Position numbers and translations under genes: made by a program. A stretch of DNA of 64,000 nt. Source: an uncultured Thermoanaerobaculia bacterium. Lineage in GTDB: Bacteria; Acidobacteriota; Thermoanaerobaculia; Multivoradales; Multivoraceae. Below are positions 51,870 to 61,513 of this stretch, piece after piece. The stretch lies in the NCBI GenBank assembly GCA_951813015.1, contig CATOTG010000011.1:129889-193888 (forward strand), read 5' to 3'. A model generated the notes under the pieces. It did no database searches, had not been told where the DNA came from, and saw nothing but the letters and a program-made list of their open reading frames with translations. Numbering within the stretch: the first letter of the stretch is position 1; each line of letters opens with the position of its first letter.

Positions 51870-52991
51870 ATGACCAAGCTGAGACGCAGGGACTTCCTGG
51901 GCAAAGCCGCCCTGGCCACCGCCGGAGCGGGCGTCGCCACCGCCTGCGGCGGACCCGAAGCGGGACCGGACGGCGCCCCCGCCGTCGTGACGAAACCGCG
52001 CCTGAACTGGCGCCTGGCCTCGAGCTTCCCGCGCGGACTCGACACGATCTTCGGCGGCGCGGAAGTCCTCGCGGAGCGGGTCGAGAGCCTGTCCGAGGGC
52101 CGGTTCCGGATCCGCGCCTACCCCGCCGGCGAACTGGTTCCCGGGCTCGGCGTGCTGGACGCGGTCCAGCAGGGCACGGTCGAACTCGGCCACACGGCAA
52201 GCTACTACTACACTGGCAAGAACCCGGCCGTCGCCTTCGACACGGCGATGCCCTTCGGCCTGAACACCCGCCAGCAGAACGCCTGGCTCTACCACGGCGG
52301 CGGCCTGGAGTTGATGCGCGAGGTGTTCGCCGACTTCAGCATCGTGAACTTCCCGGCCGGCAACACGGGCAGCCAGATGGGTGGATGGTTCCGGCGCGAG
52401 GTCAGCACGCTGGATGAGTTGCGCGGTCTGAAGATGCGCATTCCCGGCCTCGGCGCCGAGGTCCTGAGTCGGCTGGGCGTCACGGTCCAGACGATTCCGG
52501 GCGGCGAGATCTACCCCGCCCTCGAGCGCGGCGTGGTCGACGCCGCCGAGTGGGTCGGTCCCTACGACGACGAGAAGCTCGGCTTCCAGCGCGTCGCGAA
52601 GAACTACTACTACCCCGGCTGGTGGGAGCCCGGCCCGACCCTCTCCGCGTACGTCAACCGGACCGCCTGGGACTCCCTGCCCGCCGCGTACCAGGAGATC
52701 TTCCAGTCCGCCGCCGCCGAGGCGAACATCGACATGATCGCCCGCTACGACGCACTCAACCCGGAAGCGCTCCAGCGGCTGGTCGACGGCGGCGTCTCGC
52801 TGCGGCCGTTCTCCGACGAGATTCTGAACGCGGCCCGGACCGCCGCGTTCGATCTGATGAACGAGAACGCGGCCGCCGATCCCGCCTACCGCAGGATCTT
52901 CGACTCCTGGGATGAGGTGCGCAAGTCGTCCTTCCGCTGGTTCAGCACCGCCGAGCAGGCCTATGCGCGGTTCTCGTTTGGAGGCGGTTGA
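51870..52991 (+). CDS. TRAP transporter substrate-binding protein (DctP/TakP-like), Tat signal
   Basis: LRRRDFL twin-arginine signal with ATAC, GNTGSQMGGWFRRE, GLKMRIPG, EWVGPYDD, YYYPGWWEPG. Confidence 0.9.
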   Translation: MTKLRRRDFLGKAALATAGAGVATACGGPEAGPDGAPAVVTKPRLNWRLASSFPRGLDTIFGGAEVLAERVESLSEGRFRIRAYPAGELVPGLGVLDAVQQGTVELGHTASYYYTGKNPAVAFDTAMPFGLNTRQQNAWLYHGGGLELMREVFADFSIVNFPAGNTGSQMGGWFRREVSTLDELRGLKMRIPGLGAEVLSRLGVTVQTIPGGEIYPALERGVVDAAEWVGPYDDEKLGFQRVAKNYYYPGWWEPGPTLSAYVNRTAWDSLPAAYQEIFQSAAAEANIDMIARYDALNPEALQRLVDGGVSLRPFSDEILNAARTAAFDLMNENAAADPAYRRIFDSWDEVRKSSFRWFSTAEQAYARFSFGGG

Positions 52992-53016
52992 GGCAGCCGA
53001 TTCAGTCCGCCGGCAA

Positions 53017-53034
53017 CCGGCGCGAAAGCGCCGG
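53017..53034. terminator. GNRA hairpin between convergent dctP and dctM
   Basis: CCGGCGC-GAAA-GCGCCGG. Confidence 0.45.
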
Positions 53035-53053
53035 CTTCCGGACCTTTGCCGTG

Positions 53054-54373
53054 CTAGAGCAACGCCGTGACCAGCTCCGGATACAGGCAGATCAGCGCCA
53101 GCCCGATCAGCTGAATGACGATGAAGGGGATCACGCCCCGGTACATCTGAACCGTCGTGATCCGGCGTGGCGCCACCCCCCGCAGGTAGAAGATCGCGAA
53201 GCCGAATGGCGGCGTCAGGAAGGACGTCTGCAGGTTCATGCCGATCATCACGCCGAACCACACCATGTCGACATCGAGGATGCGCGCCGCCGGCGCGATC
53301 AACGGGATGACGATGAAGGCGATCTCGAAGAAGTCGATGAAGAACCCGAGAATGAAGATCGCGAGATTCGCGACGATCAGCAGGCCGATCTTGCCGCCCG
53401 GCAGGCCGGTCAGCAGATCCTCGATCCAGATGTCCCCGTAGAGGCCCCGGAAGACGAGCGCGAAGGCGGTCGAGCCGATGAGCAGGAAGATGACCATCGT
53501 GGTCAGTTTCGCCGTCGCGTCCATCGTCTCCTTGACGGCCTTCATCGTCAGTCGCCCGCGCGACAGGGCCAGCGCTATCGCGCCGACGGCGCCCAGGGCC
53601 CCTGCCTCCGTCGGCGTCGCGATGCCGGCGAAGATGCTGCCCAAGACGACCAGGATCAGCACCATCGGCGGCAGCATGACGACGGCCACCTGCCGAGCCA
53701 GCGCGGCGCCGCCGAGCGTCCGCTCCTCGGCGGGCAGCGCCGGGGCGGCGGCCGGTTTGGCGATCGCGACACCAACGACATACACAGCGTAGAAGCCCGC
53801 CAGCATCAGGCCCGGAATCAAGGAGCCGATGAACAGGTCGCCAACCGAGATGCCGAGCTGGTCGGCAAGCACGACGAGCACGACGCTGGGCGGAATGATC
53901 TGGCCCAGCGTGCCCGCGGCGCTGATCACGCCCGTGGCGAGCATCGGCGAGTAGTCGTAGCGCAGCATGACCGGCAGCGAGATCAGCCCCATCGCGACGA
54001 CCGACGCGCCGACGACGCCGGTTGCCGCGGCGAGCATCGCACCGACCACGACCACCGCCAGCGCCAGGCCTCCGCGCAAGCGCCCGAACAGCATCCCGAT
54101 CGTGCGCAGGAGATCCTCCGCCAGCTTCGACTTCTCGAGCATCGTGCCCATGAAGATGAAGAAGGGCACAGCGAGCAGGACGCCGTTCGACATGACGCCG
54201 AAGACCCGCTCAGGGAATGCGTAGAGGAGGTTCCAGGAGAAGAGCCCGAGCTCGATGCCGATGAAGGCGAAGATCAGGGCCGTGCCGCCGAGCGAGAAGG
54301 CGACCGGATAGCCCGCGAAGATGAACAGAAAGACGACGACGAACATCAGCGGGCCGAGGAAGTCGCCGCTCAC
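53054..54373 (-). CDS. TRAP transporter large permease DctM
   Basis: GYPVAFSL, LLAVPFFIFMG, GTLGQIIPPS, ATPTEAG, NLQTSFLTPPFG; GTGA overlap with dctQ. Confidence 0.92.
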   Translation of the reverse strand: MSGDFLGPLMFVVVFLFIFAGYPVAFSLGGTALIFAFIGIELGLFSWNLLYAFPERVFGVMSNGVLLAVPFFIFMGTMLEKSKLAEDLLRTIGMLFGRLRGGLALAVVVVGAMLAAATGVVGASVVAMGLISLPVMLRYDYSPMLATGVISAAGTLGQIIPPSVVLVVLADQLGISVGDLFIGSLIPGLMLAGFYAVYVVGVAIAKPAAAPALPAEERTLGGAALARQVAVVMLPPMVLILVVLGSIFAGIATPTEAGALGAVGAIALALSRGRLTMKAVKETMDATAKLTTMVIFLLIGSTAFALVFRGLYGDIWIEDLLTGLPGGKIGLLIVANLAIFILGFFIDFFEIAFIVIPLIAPAARILDVDMVWFGVMIGMNLQTSFLTPPFGFAIFYLRGVAPRRITTVQMYRGVIPFIVIQLIGLALICLYPELVTALL

Positions 54374-54954
54374 AACAGCCCCTCCTGCTCCATCTCTTCC
54401 TCTTCGGCCCCGGCCTTGAGCGCGCGCAGGCGCTGCCAGTTCCGCACCGCCTCGGCAAGCCCCTGCAGTGCCAGGAGCGTGAACGCGACGAGCAGCACGC
54501 TCTTGATCGGGTAGCGCGGCAAGCCGCCGGGATCCGACGACACCTCGAGCACCGCCCAGGAATTCCGTACCGCCGGCCACGACATGATGAGCCCGAAGAC
54601 CGCGAACGGGATCAGAAACAGCAGCGAGCCCCACAGGTCGATGTGCCGCCGCCACCGCTCCGGCAATCGGCTGTAGACCACGTCGACCCGGACGTGGGCG
54701 TTGGTCTGCAGCGCGTAGGCGGCGCCGAGCAGGAAGACCAGGCTGAACATGTACCACTGCAACTCGAGGTACGCGTTCGAGCTCAGGTTCCAGCCCGTGA
54801 AACGACCCAGGTAGCGGACCACCGCGTTGTACGCTCCGACGACGACCATGGCCAGGGTCAGCCAGGAGACAGCGACCCCGAGTCGCGAGTTGAAGCGATC
54901 GACCCGGCCGACGAACCGGTCCAGGAAGACGCCCGAAGCACGTTCTGACGCCAT
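54370..54954 (-). CDS. TRAP transporter small permease DctQ
   Basis: ELQWYMFSLVFLLGAAY, HVRVDVVY, SSDPGGLPRYPIK. Confidence 0.9.
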   Translation of the reverse strand: MASERASGVFLDRFVGRVDRFNSRLGVAVSWLTLAMVVVGAYNAVVRYLGRFTGWNLSSNAYLELQWYMFSLVFLLGAAYALQTNAHVRVDVVYSRLPERWRRHIDLWGSLLFLIPFAVFGLIMSWPAVRNSWAVLEVSSDPGGLPRYPIKSVLLVAFTLLALQGLAEAVRNWQRLRALKAGAEEEEMEQEGLL

Positions 54955-55133
54955 GAGCGGGCGCAGGTTAGCAGCCCGTGGCAGAAGTCGCGCTGCATTC
55001 GAGCGGCCATGCATCTCAGCCCGGCATCGTGCCATCCGGGTGCTCGATGACTCGCACCCGGAGGTGGGGCGCGTGTGGCGCGTGACGCGCCACACGGGCA
55101 AGCTCCTCGGTCGAACATGGCCCGCAGCCGGCC

Positions 55134-56447
55134 GTGACTGAGGCGGCGACACCCGGCCTGACCCGCCGATTCGCGCGGCTGACGGCGCTCAACGCGGCTT
55201 CCAACCTGACCGTGCCGGTGGCCGGTCTGGCCGACATGGTGATGCTCGGCCGACTCGACGACGTGCGCTTTCTGGCCGGCGTGGTCCTGGGCGCCCTGAT
55301 CTTCGACTACCTGTACTTCGGGTTCGCCTTTCTGCGCATGGGGACCACCGGAGTCACCGCCCAGTCCTGGGGCCGCGGCGACACCGTGGAGGTCGCCGCA
55401 CACCTCTATCGCGCGCTCCTGCTGGCAGCCCTTTTCGGCCTCGTGACGGTCGCGCTTCGCGGCCCGCTCGGCGACCTCGGCTTCCGACTTCTTTCCGGCG
55501 CCGCGGAGGTAGAAGACGCCGGCCGCCGCTACTACGACGCCCGCATCTGGGGTGCGCCCGCGACCTTCGCGAATCTGGCGTTCGTCGGCTGGTTCCTGGG
55601 CAGAGGCGAAGCGGGACGAGCTCTGCTCGTCGTCGCGGCAGCGAACGTCGGCAACATCGTGCTGAACTGGTGGTTCATCCTTCAACTGGGTTGGGCCGCG
55701 TTCGGCGCCGGAGTCGCCACCGCCGCCGCACAGTGGCTGGCAGCCGGCATCGGTCTGGCGCTGACCCTCGGCGCGGGCGCCGCGTCGTGCTCCTGGCGGA
55801 CCGTGCTCGACCGTGCCGCGTTGCGCCGGCTCGTTGCCCTGAGCGGCCACCTGGTCGTCCGGACCCTGCTCCTGGTCACGGCCTTCGCCCTGTTCACGAA
55901 CGCCAGCGCGCTCTTCGGCACCGCCCGCCTGGCGGCGAACGGCCTGATCCTCCGCATGTTGAGTCTGGCTTCCTACCTCGTCGACGGCGCGGCCTTCGCC
56001 GGCGAGACTCTCGCCGGCATGGCCTTCGGCGCCGGCGACCGCAGAGAACTGCGGCGCGTTCTGATCCTGACGGTGACGGCAGCCGAAGTCTGCGCCGTCG
56101 CCTTCCTGTTGCCGGTGTTGATCTTTCCCCGCGGCACGTACGGCCTTCTGGTCGGTTACGACGATGTCGTCGCACTCGCCGCCGACAGCAACGTCTGGCT
56201 GCTGCCCGTGCTCCTCTTCGCCGCCCTCGCCTACGCGTTCGACGGCTTCTTCGTCGGTCTCACCCAGGGCAAGCTGCTCAGCCGGGCGATGGTGATCAGC
56301 CTGGGGCTCGGTTTCGCGCCGCTCGCCTGGGCCGCGGTCCACTTCCGCGACAGCAACCTGCTCTGGCTCAGCATGGTCGGCATGATGGCCGGCCGGGCGG
56401 CCACCCTGGGCTTCGCCGCCCGGAGTTACCTGCTGCCGAAGCGGTGA
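55134..56447 (+). CDS. MATE family efflux transporter (DinF-like)
   Basis: SNLTVP..GLAD..MLG, FLRMGTTG, NIVLNWWF, DGAAFAGE, FDGFFVG; about 12 TM segments. Confidence 0.88.
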   Translation: MTEAATPGLTRRFARLTALNAASNLTVPVAGLADMVMLGRLDDVRFLAGVVLGALIFDYLYFGFAFLRMGTTGVTAQSWGRGDTVEVAAHLYRALLLAALFGLVTVALRGPLGDLGFRLLSGAAEVEDAGRRYYDARIWGAPATFANLAFVGWFLGRGEAGRALLVVAAANVGNIVLNWWFILQLGWAAFGAGVATAAAQWLAAGIGLALTLGAGAASCSWRTVLDRAALRRLVALSGHLVVRTLLLVTAFALFTNASALFGTARLAANGLILRMLSLASYLVDGAAFAGETLAGMAFGAGDRRELRRVLILTVTAAEVCAVAFLLPVLIFPRGTYGLLVGYDDVVALAADSNVWLLPVLLFAALAYAFDGFFVGLTQGKLLSRAMVISLGLGFAPLAWAAVHFRDSNLLWLSMVGMMAGRAATLGFAARSYLLPKR

Positions 56448-56713
56448 GCGCGGGAATGGTGTTCTCCAGACGGACCGCGGCCACCGGGCTACGCAGCGCG
56501 CCGAAGCCGCGCTCCAACTGTTCCCAGGCCGACAGAGAGGCCGGCGACGATGCAGATTCTGAGGATGCGCGAGTCAACTGGCGCCGCGCGCCAACTCTCC
56601 CCGGGCTCACCCGACAGGAGTTCGCAGGCCCGGCCACGAGCCCCGGGATGTGAGCGGCGGCTAGACTTCGGGCCGCGACCGGAATTGGGACCAGCCAGGG
56701 AGGCGATTGCGGA

Positions 56714-57499
56714 ATGGGAAAGCTCGAAGGAAAGATCACCCTCGTCACCGGGGGCGGCACCGGCATCGGCCGAGCGACCGCGCTGCTCTTCGCCCGTGAA
56801 GGCGCGACCGTCATCGTGTCGGGCCGGCGGCTCGAACCACTTGAAGCCGTCGCCGGCGAGATCGAGGAGGCGGGCGGCGACGCCTGGGCCCATTCCGCCG
56901 ACATGGAGGACCCCGGCGCCGTCCGCGGCCTCGCGGAGGCGGTGCTCGACCGCCACCCCACGGTCGACGTCCTGGTCCACAACGCGGGTCACAGCTCCAA
57001 GGTCCGCAGCACGCGCTACATCTCCCAGGAAGAATGGGACAGCGTGATCGCGGTCAACGCGACCGGGCCGGCGATGCTGACGAAGGCCCTGCTGCCGGCG
57101 ATGCTCGCTCACGGCGGCGCCACCGTGATCATGGTCTCGTCGATGGCGGCAATCCGCCCGGGCGTGATGGCCGGCACCGCCTACGGCGCCGCGAAGGCCG
57201 CCTCCCGCAACTACATCTTCGGCCTCGGCGCGGAACTCCGCCAGCTCGGCATCCGCGCCACCAGCGTCCTGCCCGGCGAGGTCGACACGCCGATTCTCGA
57301 CAACCGGCCGCGGCCGCCGTCAACCGAGGAGCGGGCGAACATGATGGCCGCCGAGGACATCGCCGAGGCGATCCTGACCGCCGCCGCCCTCCCCGAACGC
57401 ACCGTGATCGAGGAAATGACCCTGATGCCGACAAGGCTCCGCGACTACTCCGCCGACATCGCGGCGGCGCGGACTCTCGGCGCGCCGGAAGACGACTGA
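56714..57499 (+). CDS. SDR family oxidoreductase
   Basis: TGGGTGIG, HNAG, YGAAK, PGEVDT. Confidence 0.92.
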   Translation: MGKLEGKITLVTGGGTGIGRATALLFAREGATVIVSGRRLEPLEAVAGEIEEAGGDAWAHSADMEDPGAVRGLAEAVLDRHPTVDVLVHNAGHSSKVRSTRYISQEEWDSVIAVNATGPAMLTKALLPAMLAHGGATVIMVSSMAAIRPGVMAGTAYGAAKAASRNYIFGLGAELRQLGIRATSVLPGEVDTPILDNRPRPPSTEERANMMAAEDIAEAILTAAALPERTVIEEMTLMPTRLRDYSADIAAARTLGAPEDD

Positions 57500-57591
57500 G
57501 GCGCCGGCGCCACCTGATCATCAATCCCTGGACGGACGCCCAGCGAGGACGCATCGGCGCGCCGGAGGACGACGGAGGCGCCGGCGGCACC
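57477..57591. repeat. 38-bp direct repeat pair duplicating the SDR 3' end, 39-bp spacer
   Basis: 57477-57514 versus 57554-57591, 35/38 identical. Confidence 0.85.
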
Positions 57592-57640
57592 GCTCTACCG
57601 GCCGGGCGCCATCCTCAGCCGCTGACCCCTACCGGAGGGG

Positions 57641-58102
57641 CTACTCCGCCGCGGGCGCCTTCCTGTGCACCACGGTCGCTCCGATTACGCCGCCGATCGT
57701 CGAGAAGACGACGTTGATCACCAGCGAGAAAGCGACGATCGCGATGATGCCAAGCCCGGCAATCGTGCTGAAGAGGCTCAGGGCCTCGAAGTCCTCGGTG
57801 GATTCCGCGGCGAGAGCGCCGATCCCCATCGCACCCGTAAGGCCCCCAAGGATCAGGAGCCCCAGCAGAATGCTCAGCACGGAGCCGAAGACGCCGGCCA
57901 GCGCTCCGATCTTCGCGCCCTCGCCGTACGGCGTCTTCGCGGCGGGCGGGTCGTCCTTCAGCGCGAGGTAGACGGCCAGGATGCCGCCGCCCACGACCAG
58001 GGCGCAGCAGGCGAGGTTCAGCAGTTGGAAGCCGGGAATCTGCGAGGCGATCGCTCCCGCGCCGCCACCGATCGCTGCGGCGCCGATCTTCTTTCCTGTC
58101 AT
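57641..58102 (-). CDS. hypothetical 4-TM membrane protein (paralog 2)
   Basis: AAAIGGGAGAIASQIP...NLACCALVVGGG...YGEGA; clearly similar to the neighbouring ORF. Confidence 0.8.
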   Translation of the reverse strand: MTGKKIGAAAIGGGAGAIASQIPGFQLLNLACCALVVGGGILAVYLALKDDPPAAKTPYGEGAKIGALAGVFGSVLSILLGLLILGGLTGAMGIGALAAESTEDFEALSLFSTIAGLGIIAIVAFSLVINVVFSTIGGVIGATVVHRKAPAAE

Positions 58103-58135
58103 GGCGTCTCCTCAGGTTCGGGTGAAGCCGGCCTG

Positions 58136-58609
58136 CTAGGCCGAGGGCTTCTTGTGGAACACCGCGGCGCCGATCACGCCGCCGATAGCGGAAAAGATCA
58201 CGTCGACCACGAGGCTCACCAGGAACGTTACCGCACCGAAAGCGGCCACCGCGCCGGCCTCCTCGCCTGACATCGCATCGAGCACTTCCGGCGGCAGCCC
58301 CTCGATGCCCTCCATGACCCCCCGGATCATCTCCATCGGATCGCCGACGATCATCGTCATCGGTATCGCGACAATCGTGCCGACGACCGCCGCGACAACA
58401 CCGGCCAGAACGCCGATCATCGCACCGTCGCCGTAGGGGGTCGCGGGCGCAGGGGGTTCATCCCTCATCGCCAGGTAGACCGCCAGCATGCCGCCGCCGA
58501 CCACCAGCGCGCAGCAAAGGCAGTTGACGAAGTTCAGGAGCGGAATCTGCGAGGCGATCCCCGCCGCTCCACCGCCAATGGCCGCCGCTTTCAGTTTCTT
58601 CGGTGTCAT
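58136..58609 (-). CDS. hypothetical 4-TM membrane protein (paralog 1)
   Basis: AAAIGGGAAGIASQIP...NCLCCALVVGGG...YGDGA; GGAG RBS. Confidence 0.8.
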   Translation of the reverse strand: MTPKKLKAAAIGGGAAGIASQIPLLNFVNCLCCALVVGGGMLAVYLAMRDEPPAPATPYGDGAMIGVLAGVVAAVVGTIVAIPMTMIVGDPMEMIRGVMEGIEGLPPEVLDAMSGEEAGAVAAFGAVTFLVSLVVDVIFSAIGGVIGAAVFHKKPSA

Positions 58610-58658
58610 GGAATCTCCTCAGACGGGTCGAACCCGAGCAAGCGCCGGTCAAGACGCT

Positions 58659-59234
58659 CTACGGGTTCTCACGTGGCAAGTTTCGGGGCATTTGTTGGAC
58701 GATCTGGCCGACTGCGGCCCAGACCAGGACGGCGATGGCCGCCGCCGCCAGCACGCCGGTCAGGAAACGGCTCGCCGGCGTGTTGATCGGCAGTAGCCAG
58801 TCGATCGCGGCGGGCGCCAGGAACAGCAGTACGCGCCTGGGCTTCTCGAGCAGCCAGTCACGTGCCGGACGAAGAAGCGGCAGCACGATCAGTCCCAGGG
58901 TGAAGCCGACGTAGAAACCGAAGCAGCGGTGGCAGACGGCCAGGGGGTGGCCCGCCACATGGAAGCTGCGTTCGGCGATCTGATGGCAGACCCGAGCGAA
59001 GAACTCATAGAGCAGCGACGCGGAAAGACCGCCGGCAGCGGCCAGGAGCGGCGCGGCAACGACCAGGCCGATCGCCAGACAGCAGAGGATCGCGAGCGCC
59101 GCAACAGCCGCCGATATCGCCGGACCGCGCGTGAACGGAACGGCCGGTTCCGTTGTCGCAGCTCGGGCGCCGAGGCCCCCGGGAGGCCCGGCAGCTACCG
59201 GAGGGGCCGGAGCCCCAAACCGCTGACCACGCAT
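58659..59234 (-). CDS. DUF2085-like membrane protein
   Basis: VCHQIAERSF...AVCHRCFGFYVG, RFLTG. Confidence 0.8.
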   Translation of the reverse strand: MRGQRFGAPAPPVAAGPPGGLGARAATTEPAVPFTRGPAISAAVAALAILCCLAIGLVVAAPLLAAAGGLSASLLYEFFARVCHQIAERSFHVAGHPLAVCHRCFGFYVGFTLGLIVLPLLRPARDWLLEKPRRVLLFLAPAAIDWLLPINTPASRFLTGVLAAAAIAVLVWAAVGQIVQQMPRNLPRENP

Positions 59235-59455
59235 GGCGATCTAGTGTAGCGGCTGACAACCGCGGTTGCCTCGCGGCCACTGTCTGGCCGTTTCGGAACG
59301 GTCCGCCAATGTCCGCCACTCCCGGAGTTTGACAGCGCCAGCAGGTCGTCCGTCGTCTGGTCCATCGCGCCGCCAACTACCGCAGCAAGGTCGAGCCGGA
59401 AGACGGCGCCCCTGACCATTCGCCGCCGGTATGATCGCGTCGTGAGGAGCGACCC

Positions 59456-60754
59456 GTGAGCGGCTGGAATTCGATCCCCGAGCTGGGCGCGCTCGTCGGT
59501 GAGGAAATTCGCCTGCGCGGCTGGGTCGACAGGCGGCGCTCGAGCGGCCGGATCGGCTTCATCCAGCTCCGGGAATCGGGCGCCACGGTGCAGCTCGTCA
59601 TCAGTCGCAAGGAGGTCGACGAGGCGTCGTGGGAGGCGCTCCAGAGCGCCACCCAGGAATCGACCGTCGCGGTGACCGGCACCGCCGTCGCCGATCCGCG
59701 ATCGCCGGGCGGAGTCGAGATCCACGTGTCGTCGCTGGCACTGGTCCACGGCGCCGACGGCTATCCGATCACGCCGAAAGAGCACGGCGCCGCCTTCCTG
59801 ATGGACCACCGCCACCTCTGGCTGCGCTCGAGCCGGCAGCGGGCCGTGCTGCGGATCCGCAGCGAGGTCTGCCAGGCGATTCACGACTTCCACCGCGAGC
59901 GGGGCTACTACCTGGTCGACTCGCCGATCCTGACGCCTGCGGCCTGCGAGGGAACGTCGACCCTGTTCGAGACCCCGTACTTCGACCACGGCAACGCCTA
60001 CCTCAGCCAGTCCGGCCAGCTCTACCTCGAGCCCGCGGCCGCCGCACTCGGCAAGGTCTACTGCTTCGGTCCCACGTTCCGGGCCGAGAAGTCGAAGACC
60101 CGGCGCCACCTGATGGAGTTCTGGATGGTCGAGCCGGAGGCCGCCTTCCTCGACTTCAAGGGCCTGACCGAGCTTGCCGAGGACTTCGTCGTCTATCTCG
60201 CGGGGCGGGTCCTGGAGCACTGCGCCGAGCCGCTCAAGCTCCTTGAGCGCGACACCTCCAGGCTCGAGGCGATCCGCAAGCCGTTCCCCCGGCTCCGCTA
60301 CGCGGAAGCGATCGATCTTCTTCGCGGCCAGGGCTCCGCCATCGAGTTCGGCGACGACTTCGGCGCTCCCGAAGAGACCTCGATCGCCGAGGCGTTCGAT
60401 CGGCCGGTCATGGTCACCCACTACCCAACCTCGCTCAAGGCCTTCTACATGCAGCCCGACCCGGACGATCCGACCCTCGCTCTGGCCCTCGACGTGATCG
60501 CCCCCGAGGGCTGCGGCGAGATCATCGGCGGCAGCCAGCGCATCCACGACCACGACCTGCTCCTGTCCCGACTCAAGGAGCATGATCTGCCGATCGAGGC
60601 CTTTCAGTGGTACCTCGACATCCGCCGTTACGGCACGTTCGAGCACAGCGGCTTCGGCATGGGCGTCGAACGCTTCGTCGCCTGGATGGCCGGCGTCCCC
60701 CATCTGCGGGAGACGATCCCCTATCCCCGAACGATGGACCGGATCTACCCCTGA
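59456..60754 (+). CDS. asnS: asparagine--tRNA ligase
   Basis: OB-fold N-terminus, YPITPKEHG, RHLWLRS, YLSQSGQLY, GPTFRAEKSKTRRHL.EFWMVEPE, EIIGGSQR. Confidence 0.95.
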   Translation: MSGWNSIPELGALVGEEIRLRGWVDRRRSSGRIGFIQLRESGATVQLVISRKEVDEASWEALQSATQESTVAVTGTAVADPRSPGGVEIHVSSLALVHGADGYPITPKEHGAAFLMDHRHLWLRSSRQRAVLRIRSEVCQAIHDFHRERGYYLVDSPILTPAACEGTSTLFETPYFDHGNAYLSQSGQLYLEPAAAALGKVYCFGPTFRAEKSKTRRHLMEFWMVEPEAAFLDFKGLTELAEDFVVYLAGRVLEHCAEPLKLLERDTSRLEAIRKPFPRLRYAEAIDLLRGQGSAIEFGDDFGAPEETSIAEAFDRPVMVTHYPTSLKAFYMQPDPDDPTLALALDVIAPEGCGEIIGGSQRIHDHDLLLSRLKEHDLPIEAFQWYLDIRRYGTFEHSGFGMGVERFVAWMAGVPHLRETIPYPRTMDRIYP

Positions 60755-61509
60755 CGCTTCGCACCGACGAACTCGAAGAGCGGATCGGCTACCGCTTCAG
60801 GAACCGCGACCTGCTCGAGCAGGCCGTGACCCACACCTCCTTCGCCAACGAACAGGGATTGGAGAAGCACAACGAGCGGCTGGAGTTCCTGGGAGATTCG
60901 GTGCTCGAGCTGGTCGTGGCGGACTGGCTCTTCCGGTCTCGGCCGGCGGCGCCCGAAGGCGTCCTGTCGCGGATCAGGTCCCATGTCGTCAGCGCCGAGG
61001 CTCTGGCCCGGCGCGCCCGGAAGCTCGAGCTCGGCCCGGCGCTTCGGCTCGGCCACGGCGAAGACCGGTCGGGCGGCCGCGAGAAGCAGTCTCTGCTGGC
61101 GAACGCGCTCGAAGCCGTGATCGGGGCGGTGTTCGTCGACGGCGGCCTCCAGGCCGCCCGCAGCCTGCTCGAACCATGGACCGAGGCAGAGGTCGCCGAA
61201 ACGATGGACGCCGTGGACGCGAAGTCGGTCCTGCAGGAGTCGCTCCAGGGTCGGGGACTCGAGCTCCCGTCCTACCGCCATGTCGGCCGCGAGGGGCCCG
61301 ACCACGACCCCACCTTTCACGTCGAGTGCTGGGTCGGGGGCCGCGCCGTGGCCGCGGCGTCGGGTCGCTCGAAGAAGGCCGCGGAGTTCAGCGCGGCCCG
61401 ACGGGCCCTTCGCGACGTCGCCCCGAGCGAAGGCCCGGCCACTTCATCCGGAAGCGGCGAACGGCGAGCGGCGAGCGGAGCAGAAGCACCGAGACTGGAC
61501 GGCAGGTAG
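60751..61509 (+). CDS. rnc: ribonuclease III
   Basis: IGYRF..RDLL.QAVTHTS, NERLEFLGDSVL, EAVIGAVFVDGG, dsRBD (GPDH, GRSKKAAE). Start inferred at CTG 60751 overlapping the asnS stop. Confidence 0.94.
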   Translation: MTLRTDELEERIGYRFRNRDLLEQAVTHTSFANEQGLEKHNERLEFLGDSVLELVVADWLFRSRPAAPEGVLSRIRSHVVSAEALARRARKLELGPALRLGHGEDRSGGREKQSLLANALEAVIGAVFVDGGLQAARSLLEPWTEAEVAETMDAVDAKSVLQESLQGRGLELPSYRHVGREGPDHDPTFHVECWVGGRAVAAASGRSKKAAEFSAARRALRDVAPSEGPATSSGSGERRAASGAEAPRLDGR

Positions 61510-61513
61510 CCGG

